The translations under genes and the position numbers were made by a program. Of a DNA stretch of 64,000 bases, positions 21,700-30,201 are shown piece after piece. Source of the stretch: Nitrosopumilus sp. (GTDB taxonomy: Archaea; Thermoproteota; Nitrososphaeria; Nitrososphaerales; Nitrosopumilaceae); assembly GCA_965218785.1 (NCBI GenBank), contig OZ244650.1, positions 640,001 to 704,000 of the forward strand, written 5' to 3'. A model generated the notes under the pieces. It did no database searches. It was not told the DNA's origin and saw only the letters and a program-made list of their open reading frames with translations. The stretch's first letter is position 1, and every line of letters starts with the position of its first letter.

Positions 21700-22450
21700 C
21701 GTAAATTCCATCAAAATATGTTGTATTATATGAAAAGTACATCCGCTAGTCATCTGCATCATTCTCCATCCATTCTGGGTTGTTTTTTCTGATCGTATCT
21801 GTGGTCTTTTTGTTTCTAAACGCCATAAGCGGGGTTCATAGTTATCAATGTCAAGTGAAAAGTGCAGTCTTGACTCGTTGTAATAGTCTACATCTCCTTA
21901 AGAGTACGATAATGGAATATCTCATCTTCTATCGTCCTGTGAAATCTCTCCAGCTTGCCGTTTGCCTGCGGATGATATGGTCTGGAATTTATCAGCACGA
22001 TGTCTTTTGCCAAAAGCTCCTCCTCAAACAAGACAAGTCTCCATGTTCCATTTATCTGCATTTTTTTCCTGCCGTTTTGTCCCACAAAATACGAACCAGT
22101 ATCTGAGAGTATGGATGCAGGTGCACCGAATCTCTTGATTGCCAGTCTGAGCAACATTACTGTATTCTCAGATGTGGCATTCTCTGCGGAGGATTCTTTA
22201 GCTACGGAACAGCATCCTATGCAGTTTGATTCATCTGATCGCTATTGTGTAGTATGTCCGGAATGAATTTTAGTAAGATCCCATTTTCCTGTTTTTTGAA
22301 CTGGATACTTGTGTTATAGATTCCATCTTTTTCCCCTAATGATTGGTTGTTTTTCTTGGAATATATGCCTTTCTGCTATATGTGGTATTCCCTGTACACC
22401 CGAATTTCGTTTTTATTCAGATATGATTATTTTAGAACGGTACAATCTGT
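21700..22450 (-). pseudogene. IS481-family (rve integrase core) transposase remnant
   Basis: ILSDTGSYF...SRPYHPQANGKLERFHRTIEDE; upstream part disrupted; boundaries approximate. Confidence 0.8.
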
Positions 22451-22519
22451 CTGAATGTTGAGAAATATCAAAATAAAATAAAGTAACATAAGTTTTGATC
22501 GTCACCATATAATGAAAAA

Positions 22520-22795
22520 TCAGTCATATTTACTCAATCTATGTACTATTACATTGCATCCGTATAGAGAACCGAAAATTGCAGACATGCAAAGTCCAAA
22601 TGTAACATATGGTGTAAATGTCGGACCTATCATCCCTTGCATATCAGTAAAACTTGGACCAAAAAAAGATTCTTTGAATAATAATACTCCTGCCATAATA
22701 ATAAACAAATGATCAACAACTGATGCTCTGTCTTTTGGTGTTAAATCTTTTAGATGTTCTATTATTTTTTCTATGGATTTTAGTGAGAATTTCAA
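22520..22795 (-). CDS. small membrane protein, AT-rich island
   Basis: Two hydrophobic segments; contiguous with the upstream ORF. Confidence 0.6.
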   Translation of the reverse strand: MKFSLKSIEKIIEHLKDLTPKDRASVVDHLFIIMAGVLLFKESFFGPSFTDMQGMIGPTFTPYVTFGLCMSAIFGSLYGCNVIVHRLSKYD

Positions 22796-22796
22796 T

Positions 22797-23243
22797 TTAC
22801 TTTTTTAGTCCGAGAATACTTGCAGATAATGGTCCACAAATTGCTATTGCAATGATATAATTGAATGGACTGGGAACTGTAACTATTGCTGAGGCGGATA
22901 ATGTTATTGCTATTCCTGCTGATAATATCAAAGGAAGTTTTGATCCTTTCTTTTTTCTATTGATTTTACGTGTTCTAGAATCTATTAAACCCATATTTGA
23001 TTTTTGATGTAATCGGTTAGACCCAACCATAGATTTGTTGTATGTAGACACAGAAAGTAACCGCTTATATTTTTGATGATCTGATTGCATTGTTCTTTGA
23101 TTTGTTGTGCTAAATCTTATTTTTGCTTTACATCTAATTTTTTGATGTGTAATCATTAATCTATTATCACTTTTAATGGAATGTGTTTTTTCCAATTTGT
23201 GATATGATGATGATTTTTTGACTAACCGTGTTTCCATAATCAT
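22797..23243 (-). CDS. basic protein with two C-terminal TM helices
   Basis: 148-aa ORF; K/R-rich N-terminus and hydrophobic C-terminal hairpin. Confidence 0.55.
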   Translation of the reverse strand: MIMETRLVKKSSSYHKLEKTHSIKSDNRLMITHQKIRCKAKIRFSTTNQRTMQSDHQKYKRLLSVSTYNKSMVGSNRLHQKSNMGLIDSRTRKINRKKKGSKLPLILSAGIAITLSASAIVTVPSPFNYIIAIAICGPLSASILGLKK

Positions 23244-23701
23244 ATATCTCCATCAAACTTGTCTTTATGAGCATTTATGTATTCCTTGTAATCACTCAAA
23301 ATTTTTTGCCATATATTTGACATGTTTTCAAAGTCTTTCATAGGTATCAGATATTCTTTACCGTCCTCATCCTTATTTGTTTTTATTTTTAATGAAATGA
23401 TTGGTATTTGACCGATTATTTTATGCTTATCATCATAAACTGAACGAAATATTAATTGATCATCAAATCCTATGAGTTTATTTGATTCCTCATCCAACTG
23501 GATATTTGAAAGATATATAAAATTAAATTTGTTAATCATCTCTGAAGATATAATTTTTAAAAATTCTCGAATATTTTCTTTTATGTTTTCATTTAATTGA
23601 GATGTTTCTAAATAATTTTCTAACAACTCCTTATGGCTTTTGTTATAGTGAATTAATGTTGTAATTGAATTAATTGTAAGAGATAATACTATCTTCTTCA
23701 T
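23240..23701 (-). CDS. hypothetical protein, AT-rich island
   Basis: 153-aa ORF overlapping the next gene by 4 nt. Confidence 0.6.
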   Translation of the reverse strand: MKKIVLSLTINSITTLIHYNKSHKELLENYLETSQLNENIKENIREFLKIISSEMINKFNFIYLSNIQLDEESNKLIGFDDQLIFRSVYDDKHKIIGQIPIISLKIKTNKDEDGKEYLIPMKDFENMSNIWQKILSDYKEYINAHKDKFDGDI

Positions 23702-23846
23702 TAATTTCGATATTATTTGAAATTAATGTTTGTAGATCACCATCTTTTAATTTCTTGACAAATTCTATTACTTGTTTTTTATCTGAAAAGATTTTTTCTA
23801 ATTCTGGTTTAAAATAATTTATGAAATTTTCTTTGTCATGATCCAT
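23670..23846 (-). CDS. 58-aa hypothetical ORF or frameshifted N-terminus of 23240-23701
   Basis: Manual translation MDHDKENFINYFKPELEKIFSDKKQVIEFVKKLKDGDLQTLISNNIEINEEDSIISYN. Confidence 0.5.
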   Translation of the reverse strand: MDHDKENFINYFKPELEKIFSDKKQVIEFVKKLKDGDLQTLISNNIEINEEDSIISYN

Positions 23847-23989
23847 GATTAAATTACTGATTTGGATAATAAATCATTATATATTTGATTCTGTATAATT
23901 TGGTAGATTTGAAATATAGATCTTCTCCAAATTGAAAATTTGTACCAAAGTTGAAAAATTAAGATGAGATATATCATTTGAATCTCTCA

Positions 23990-24128
23990 CACCTGATATA
24001 TTGTGTAATCGTCATGTTTTCTGAGGATTGTCGAATTATGGTGGGGGATCGATCTCATTGTTTTAGGACAAGGACGATTTGGTGGTTTTTGGTTTGATAA
24101 AATTAATCTCAAATATTTGCGTGTCACT
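23990..24128 (-). mobile_element. IS630 left end plus decayed transposase start
   Basis: Reverse complement GTGACACGCAAATATTTGAGATTAATT..ATCAAACCAAAAAC...ATGAGATC matches 47067-47150. Confidence 0.8.
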
Positions 24129-24149
24129 CTGGCAGGATTCCTTGCCGTA

Positions 24150-24518
24150 TCAAGACGGTGAGACTGTAAATGCGAAAAATTCCCCCCTGTCCCTGCTGGC
24201 AAATTTTGCAATCCTTGCCATGAATCCGTATTTCTTGTCTCTCATTTTTACTGCATCCCTGATCTCCTGCCCTGATAATATTTTGGCAGTACCTGGGATC
24301 CAATCCCCCGTAACCCTGCCCCTCATCGTACACAATGCAAACTTTACCTGTGAATTATTCCTAAGACGCTTTACTTTGCCTGTCTGTTCTCTTGTGACGA
24401 CATAGATCAAATCCCCATTAACTACAAACCAAACCGGGGTTTTGACTGCCTGATTATTTCTTCGATAGGTTTCAAGCGAGATGTACTTTTGGGATTTTAT
24501 CTCCTCCAAACTAAACAT
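24150..24518 (-). CDS. PPOX-class putative F420-dependent oxidoreductase
   Basis: YISLETYRRN..VKTPVWF, TGKVKRLRNN motifs. Confidence 0.88.
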   Translation of the reverse strand: MFSLEEIKSQKYISLETYRRNNQAVKTPVWFVVNGDLIYVVTREQTGKVKRLRNNSQVKFALCTMRGRVTGDWIPGTAKILSGQEIRDAVKMRDKKYGFMARIAKFASRDRGEFFAFTVSPS

Positions 24519-24567
24519 GCTTGCCTGTCATGTTTCTGGAATTAATATCATGCGGCACACTTTAATT

Positions 24568-24705
24568 TTACCTGTTTTTCCATCTTCTTATGATCTTCCT
24601 GCATCCCAATACCGGCAGAATGCAGTAGACACATCCTCTTTGAAATTGAACAACAAATAAACAGCCACACTCTTCTTTGCCGTGATTACATTCTTGGCAG
24701 TTCAT
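24568..24705 (-). CDS. 45-aa Cys-rich small protein
   Basis: Manual translation MNCQECNHGKEECGCLFVVQFQRGCVYCILPVLGCRKIIRRWKNR; overlaps the upstream Zn-finger ORF. Confidence 0.5.
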   Translation of the reverse strand: MNCQECNHGKEECGCLFVVQFQRGCVYCILPVLGCRKIIRRWKNR

Positions 24706-24883
24706 GTTTCTTACTCCGCGGCTTTGATCTTAACCTGGTCTTACAGCACGGACATGAAACTTGCTCTGTAAAGAAAAACAGTGCACACAAAGAACACCAC
24801 TTTTGACCTATTTTGTAACGCAGGTTGCTTGTAATTGACGTGGATTTTAGCCGGCTGCATAATCCGCGGCACATCTGAACCAT
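24686..24883 (-). CDS. small zinc-finger protein
   Basis: CxxxC, CxxC and CPCC motifs in 65 aa. Confidence 0.75.
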   Translation of the reverse strand: MVQMCRGLCSRLKSTSITSNLRYKIGQKWCSLCALFFFTEQVSCPCCKTRLRSKPRSKKHELPRM

Positions 24884-24928
24884 GAATCAATCCGCCCGAA
24901 AATATATTTAAGAAAATATTCCAATCCG

Positions 24929-25384
24929 TCATTCTGAAATTTCTACAACCGCATCAATTTCAGTCATGGAATCTAGCGGCAGACTGGAGACTCCTACTGC
25001 AATTCTGGAATGTCTTCCCTTCTCGCCGAATATCTCAAAAAACAAGTCCGAGGCAGAATTGATAACGACGGGCTGTGCTGCAAACCCTGGAGCAGAATTT
25101 ACAAATCCTGAGAGTCTTACAATCCTTGCCACCTTATCCAGGTCTCCAAGCTCTCTTTTGATTTGGGCAAGTATGTTGACTGCACACATTCTTGCAGATT
25201 TTTGGGCAGTCTCCAAATTATCATCTGAGACTTTGCCGGTAAAGACTACCCTGCCATCCTCCATTGGAATCTGCCCTGAGATGAAAAGCAGGTTTCCTGT
25301 TCTCACTGCGGGAACATATGATCCTGCCGGTGTTGGCGGATCTGGCAGTCTTATCCCCAAAGATTCCAGTTTTTCTTCAATCAA
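24929..25384 (-). CDS. RidA/YjgF family protein
   Basis: GSYVP, LFISGQIP, GRHSRIAVGVSSLP motifs. Confidence 0.92.
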   Translation of the reverse strand: MIEEKLESLGIRLPDPPTPAGSYVPAVRTGNLLFISGQIPMEDGRVVFTGKVSDDNLETAQKSARMCAVNILAQIKRELGDLDKVARIVRLSGFVNSAPGFAAQPVVINSASDLFFEIFGEKGRHSRIAVGVSSLPLDSMTEIDAVVEISE

Positions 25385-25410
25385 GAATTTCTGCGCAGTC
25401 TTGTCTGATT

Positions 25411-26577
25411 TTAGTTTTTACTTATCTTGATGTGGACCCTTTCACCCTTGCTGTTGCTAGAGCCGTTTTGAAAGATCGTCCTGGTCTTATATCCCTGTTT
25501 TTGGAGACATCCGTCTAAAATGGAGACCCATGGCAGGGAATGGCCGCTATTTAGCTTTGATTCTACTGTGATGTTCTTGGAGTTTGCCTCAAAATTGACA
25601 TGCCCTGAGCAAGTTATCTGCATGATTACATCCATTATCTCTATGATATCATCAAGCGATCTTGATTTTAGTGAGACCCCGTTTCTCTCCAGTAATTTGA
25701 GCATGTCTGATTCGGGTTTTTTCGATATCATTATGGAGTTTAGAAGATACGTCAGACCAGTCTCGTTGACTGTCTTGATAATCTTGTAAATTTCCTGGGC
25801 CTCTGTTTTTGTCATATCTGCAAGAGCCTTGGTCTTTGTTGCACCCTTCCAAATATTTGAGAACACCCTCTCCTGATTTACCCCCAGGATGTCAGTCGCT
25901 GAAAATATTGCACCCTTTCCGTTTGTGCTGTTTACCATTAGTAATTCTGTCCCATCAAAGATAAAGCAGTTCTGAGTAATCTCTGATGCCTTTATCTCTG
26001 CCCCGTAGGGAATCGCACTATACGCTTCAGAGCAGATCTGTGTTGGTGATACCAGCAGTTTGACTTCCAGGTTTCTGCGTAGTACTGCCGTCATCTGTTC
26101 CCTGCATTCTGCCAGTAACCCAAGCCCCCACTGGTCTGCCATTATCCGAATCGATGATTTTGAGCCTTCGACCATTGTTTGAAGCTGCGCCACCACGTTG
26201 TTTGCACTGATGTGAAAATATCTTTTTTCCTCAGAACCCCTTGTTTTTCTGCTCTCCTCGCTTGCTTTTTTCAAATTTGAGACCAGTGAATTCATCGCAT
26301 TTACTTTGTTGATCTGCTCGTGAATTATCCCGTCAAATGCGTCTTCAGGTGCAATTGCAGTACACATTATCGGCTTGCTTTTTGAGATGATTGCCAGTTT
26401 TTTATTCTCAAGTTTCAGCAAAGTAGGATAAATTTTGGTTCTTGGAATCTCCGAATAGTATGCCAGCTCTCCTGCTGAAATCGTTCCCCTTGCAATCAAT
26501 GCCACGTATGCCTGGGCCTCGTACCTGCTCAACCCAAACTCCTCCAGACTGACCGTTAATGCGTGCTCATTTACCAT
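25411..26577 (-). CDS. TrmB-family transcriptional regulator
   Basis: N-terminal wHTH FGLSRYEAQAYVAL...IPRTKIYPTL. Confidence 0.9.
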   Translation of the reverse strand: MVNEHALTVSLEEFGLSRYEAQAYVALIARGTISAGELAYYSEIPRTKIYPTLLKLENKKLAIISKSKPIMCTAIAPEDAFDGIIHEQINKVNAMNSLVSNLKKASEESRKTRGSEEKRYFHISANNVVAQLQTMVEGSKSSIRIMADQWGLGLLAECREQMTAVLRRNLEVKLLVSPTQICSEAYSAIPYGAEIKASEITQNCFIFDGTELLMVNSTNGKGAIFSATDILGVNQERVFSNIWKGATKTKALADMTKTEAQEIYKIIKTVNETGLTYLLNSIMISKKPESDMLKLLERNGVSLKSRSLDDIIEIMDVIMQITCSGHVNFEANSKNITVESKLNSGHSLPWVSILDGCLQKQGYKTRTIFQNGSSNSKGERVHIKISKN

Positions 26578-26662
26578 GATTCCACTCTAATTGTTATTAG
26601 GTAATATTGAGAGCTAAATTCCTTTACATAACTACTCAAAAAAATTCAAAATCGTATCTGCA

Positions 26663-26682
26663 CACGGGTGTAACCGTGGTTA
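26663..26682. promoter_or_regulatory. palindromic operator candidate in the trmB/cdv divergent intergenic region
   Basis: GTAAC-CGTG-GTTAC (26669-26682) overlapping CACGG-GTGTAA-CCGTG. Confidence 0.35.
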
Positions 26683-26821
26683 CTAAATTGATTGTTACAA
26701 CGTCCTCTAATACAAAATCATGATCAATAAACTGATGCTAGTTAAATGTGAAATTAAAAGATTCGATGATGATAAAAACACCTCCCATTCAGTTACGCTG
26801 GTTCCAAGACTGGATTACTCC

Positions 26822-27310
26822 ATGAATCTGCTAGATGAGATCACCGGGATTCTCAGTAAACGGATAAATGCCATAAAAAGATCAAACGAGGATTTGGCTG
26901 CAGAGTTTGATGAAACAGACAAAACACATCTTGCCTCGATCAGACTAGAACAGACACTGCTGTTCTCCCTTGAGGTCTTATCCCAAACAAAAAGGCAGAT
27001 GGCTCAAATCTCCGGCATAAACAGCATTCCTGAGGTTCTACCATCGTCAATTCCGATGATTCGGACAGTCTGCGCACAACTTTATGATGTAATTCCCCAG
27101 TGCAGCCGGAGACTATCTGAATTATCCGTCCATTTGGGCAGTATAGCGCTGGATTCGGCAGTAATTACAAAGGCCAGACTGGACTTTGGCCTCTCCAATG
27201 AGGAATCTGCGACTCTGCTTAATAAAGTAAAATTGATGGTAGACTCTAAATTAAGTAAGCAGTACCCTAATCTTGATTTTTTTAAAATATCTAGCACTTG
27301 GCAATACTAA
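26822..27310 (+). CDS. ESCRT-III/CdvB-like helical protein (start uncertain; ORF is open from 26720)
   Basis: Helical Snf7-like pattern (LEQTLLFSLE...IPQCSRRLSELS...EESATLL); two genes upstream of Vps4. Confidence 0.6.
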   Translation: MNLLDEITGILSKRINAIKRSNEDLAAEFDETDKTHLASIRLEQTLLFSLEVLSQTKRQMAQISGINSIPEVLPSSIPMIRTVCAQLYDVIPQCSRRLSELSVHLGSIALDSAVITKARLDFGLSNEESATLLNKVKLMVDSKLSKQYPNLDFFKISSTWQY

Positions 27311-27789
27311 ACACCAGACGGAGTCTTGTACGGGATATTGAACGAATAAAGACGATATCTTCAAAAATCGATAAAAAGATATCTGAAATCAAGCCGTCTG
27401 ATGCTGAAAAGATAGACAAACTTACCCTGGAAGAACTGGGGGATTTGAATAAAATTGTCGGAATTGCCGATTTCATGCTGTGCAAATATGCCGAGAATAA
27501 GGACATGCACTCGATTTTAAAACATTTTGTATCCATCATATCTGATACTGCAAAATCCCTTGATGATATCAACGATGAAATCTCTGAATTAATACTCTCA
27601 GCTGAGGACTCTATTAACAAGGTAAAGGACATTCATACGCACATCTCTGACCGGTCTGAAATTAAAAGAGGATTTCATAACGGATCCGGGTATGATGTAT
27701 CCAAAACAAGTGGAATTAATTTAACCAATCCTACGACAGAGATTAACATACCTGAATACCAACAAAATTCTCAAGAACAAACTACATAG
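27298..27789 (+). CDS. helical hypothetical protein in the cdv cluster
   Basis: 163-aa ORF between the ESCRT-III-like gene and Vps4. Confidence 0.8.
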   Translation: MAILNTRRSLVRDIERIKTISSKIDKKISEIKPSDAEKIDKLTLEELGDLNKIVGIADFMLCKYAENKDMHSILKHFVSIISDTAKSLDDINDEISELILSAEDSINKVKDIHTHISDRSEIKRGFHNGSGYDVSKTSGINLTNPTTEINIPEYQQNSQEQTT

Positions 27790-27798
27790 GTAATTAAG

Positions 27799-28992
27799 AT
27801 GAGTTTGGCCCCCCAAGAATTAGAAAACACTGCTAGTAAATATGCCTCTGAGGCTATCAAATTTGATTCTCAGGGCGCCCGTGGCATGGCAATCACCCAT
27901 TATCAGCAGGCAATCGACTCGCTTGTGAAACTGTTACAGCTTTATCCTAACAGCAAGCTAAACCTCATCTACAAGGAAAGATGCAACTCTTATCATAACA
28001 GAATTCAGGCACTGCAGCAGGCCCACGGCGTGGATCCTGCAGTTGATCCAAAGGCATCCCCGGAAGATCAAAAAAAATCCGTTCAAAGACAAGAGGCAGA
28101 AAACGACTTTGAAGATCTTGTAATGAAGGAAAAACCGGATGTTACCTGGGTGCAGGTAATAGGACTCGATGATGCTAAAAACGCCCTGCGTGAATCAATT
28201 ATCTATCCTACAAAAAGACCGGATCTATTCCCGCTTGGATGGCCAAAGGGAATGCTTCTTTATGGACCGCCTGGCACCGGAAAGACAATGCTTGCCGCTG
28301 CCACTGCAAACGAGATGGACGGCTACTTTATCAACGTTGATGCGTCATCTATGATGAGCAAGTGGCTGGGAGAAGCAGAGAAGAACGTCTCAAAATTATT
28401 TGTCATGGCAAGACAGTATGCAGAAAAGGAGGGAAAGCCGGTTATACTGTTTGTAGATGAGGTCGACTCCCTGCTAGGTTCCCGAAACAGTGAGGTTGGC
28501 GGAGAGGTAAGAACCAAAAACCAGTTCCTGACTGAAATGGACGGTGTCAACGGAAAGGGAAAAAATCTGATGCTTTATGTAATTGGCGCAACAAACAAGC
28601 CATGGAGTCTTGATTGGCCGTTTTTGAGAAGATTCCAAAAGAGAATCTACGTGTCCCTCCCAACCCAGGAGGCCAGAGAAAGCCTCTTTGAGCAGTATAC
28701 TGCACCCCTGAAAAAAGATCTCAAGGTTAATGCGTCTGAGCTGGCAAAATTATTTGATGGATACAGCGCAAGCGACATCAAGGACGTGTGCCAGGCAGCC
28801 CAGATTAAGACGGTTCATGAAATCTTCAAGTCCCCCGATTACCATGAACCAGTCGAAGGCGAGGTACCAATACAGCCAAGAGAACTGACCACGACTGATT
28901 TCAAGGAGATCATGACAAGAAGAAAACCAAGTGTCTCACTAGAGATGATTCGCGCCTATCACAAATGGAGCGAAGAGTTCAAGGCACTCTGA
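27799..28992 (+). CDS. cdvC: Vps4-like AAA ATPase CdvC
   Basis: N-terminal MIT domain, GPPGTGKT, FVDEVD, ATNKPW, RRFQKRIY. Confidence 0.93.
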   Translation: MSLAPQELENTASKYASEAIKFDSQGARGMAITHYQQAIDSLVKLLQLYPNSKLNLIYKERCNSYHNRIQALQQAHGVDPAVDPKASPEDQKKSVQRQEAENDFEDLVMKEKPDVTWVQVIGLDDAKNALRESIIYPTKRPDLFPLGWPKGMLLYGPPGTGKTMLAAATANEMDGYFINVDASSMMSKWLGEAEKNVSKLFVMARQYAEKEGKPVILFVDEVDSLLGSRNSEVGGEVRTKNQFLTEMDGVNGKGKNLMLYVIGATNKPWSLDWPFLRRFQKRIYVSLPTQEARESLFEQYTAPLKKDLKVNASELAKLFDGYSASDIKDVCQAAQIKTVHEIFKSPDYHEPVEGEVPIQPRELTTTDFKEIMTRRKPSVSLEMIRAYHKWSEEFKAL

Positions 28993-29058
28993 TCGCAGGA
29001 TCCTGCCAGCATAACAAAAGCTTAAATTCAGATTCCTGCCGACTTTACGAGGGTCACA

Positions 29059-30201
29059 ATATCCATAAAAAAATCAATCCACGTAAAAAAGCATGGAAAA
29101 CTAATTCTTGATGATGGCACCGTCCTTGACGGTCAGGGTTTTGGTTATACCACGACTGTTTTTGGTGAAATTGTATTTAACACCGGAATGGTGGGATATA
29201 CCGAGGCACTCACTGATCCGTCATATAACGGCCAGATCCTTACGCTGACATACCCGCTGATTGGAAATTACGGGGTCCCGGATCCCTCCAAAGTTGACGG
29301 GGATGGAATATCCAGATTCTTCGAGTCAGATAAAATCCAAATCCGGGGGCTGGTCGTACATGAACTCTCCCTGACTGCCAGCCATTGGAATCTGTTAATG
29401 ACCCTTGATGAATGGATGCACAATGAAAAAATTCCCGGAATCTCCGGAATAGATACCAGGGCAGTCACCAAGAAACTTCGAAGCGGCGGCGTCATGATGG
29501 CGGCCCTTGTCGTATCTGACTCTGAGATTGATGTAGAGCAGGTCAAAAAAGAACTGGCATCTGCGGCCCGTTATGACTCTGAACAATTCATGGATGAGGT
29601 ATCTACAAAGAAGGAAAAAATCTATGGAACCCAGAAAGAATCCGTCGTAGTAATTGATACTGGTGCAAAAAATGCAATACTGCGAAACGTGCGTGATCTT
29701 GGATACAGGGCAGTCCTGCTCCCCTGGAATGCAACTTTTGAAAAAATAATGTCTTATAATCCAAAGGGCGTGGTACTCAGTAGCGGACCTGGAGACCCGC
29801 AAAAATGTCCTGACACCATTAATACTGCCAGAAAATTAATTCAAAGCAACATGCCGACACTTGGAATCTGTCTGGGTGCGCAAATCATAGGTATTGCAGG
29901 CAACACTGAAACTTATAAATTAAAATATGGACACAGGGGACAAAACAAGTCCTGTATCAACCTGGAAAACAACCAGATCTATGTTACAAGCCAGAATCAC
30001 GGTTATGGAATCACACTAGAATCACTGGAGAAATCCGACTTTAAATTATGGTTTACAAACGCAGATGACAAAACAGTCGAGGGAATAAAACATAAAAAAC
30101 AAAGATGTATTGCAGTACAGTTTCATCCCGAAGCCGCACCGGGCCCCTTTGACTGCAAGTTTGTCTTTGAAGAGCTAAAACGACTCATGGAGGAACAATA
30201 G
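29059..30201 (+). CDS. carA: carbamoyl-phosphate synthase small subunit (start uncertain)
   Basis: GEIVFNTGMVGY, SSGPGDP, GICLG, SQNHG, QFHPE; conserved N-terminus extends in frame upstream of ATG 29188. Confidence 0.93.
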   Translation: MSIKKSIHVKKHGKLILDDGTVLDGQGFGYTTTVFGEIVFNTGMVGYTEALTDPSYNGQILTLTYPLIGNYGVPDPSKVDGDGISRFFESDKIQIRGLVVHELSLTASHWNLLMTLDEWMHNEKIPGISGIDTRAVTKKLRSGGVMMAALVVSDSEIDVEQVKKELASAARYDSEQFMDEVSTKKEKIYGTQKESVVVIDTGAKNAILRNVRDLGYRAVLLPWNATFEKIMSYNPKGVVLSSGPGDPQKCPDTINTARKLIQSNMPTLGICLGAQIIGIAGNTETYKLKYGHRGQNKSCINLENNQIYVTSQNHGYGITLESLEKSDFKLWFTNADDKTVEGIKHKKQRCIAVQFHPEAAPGPFDCKFVFEELKRLMEEQ

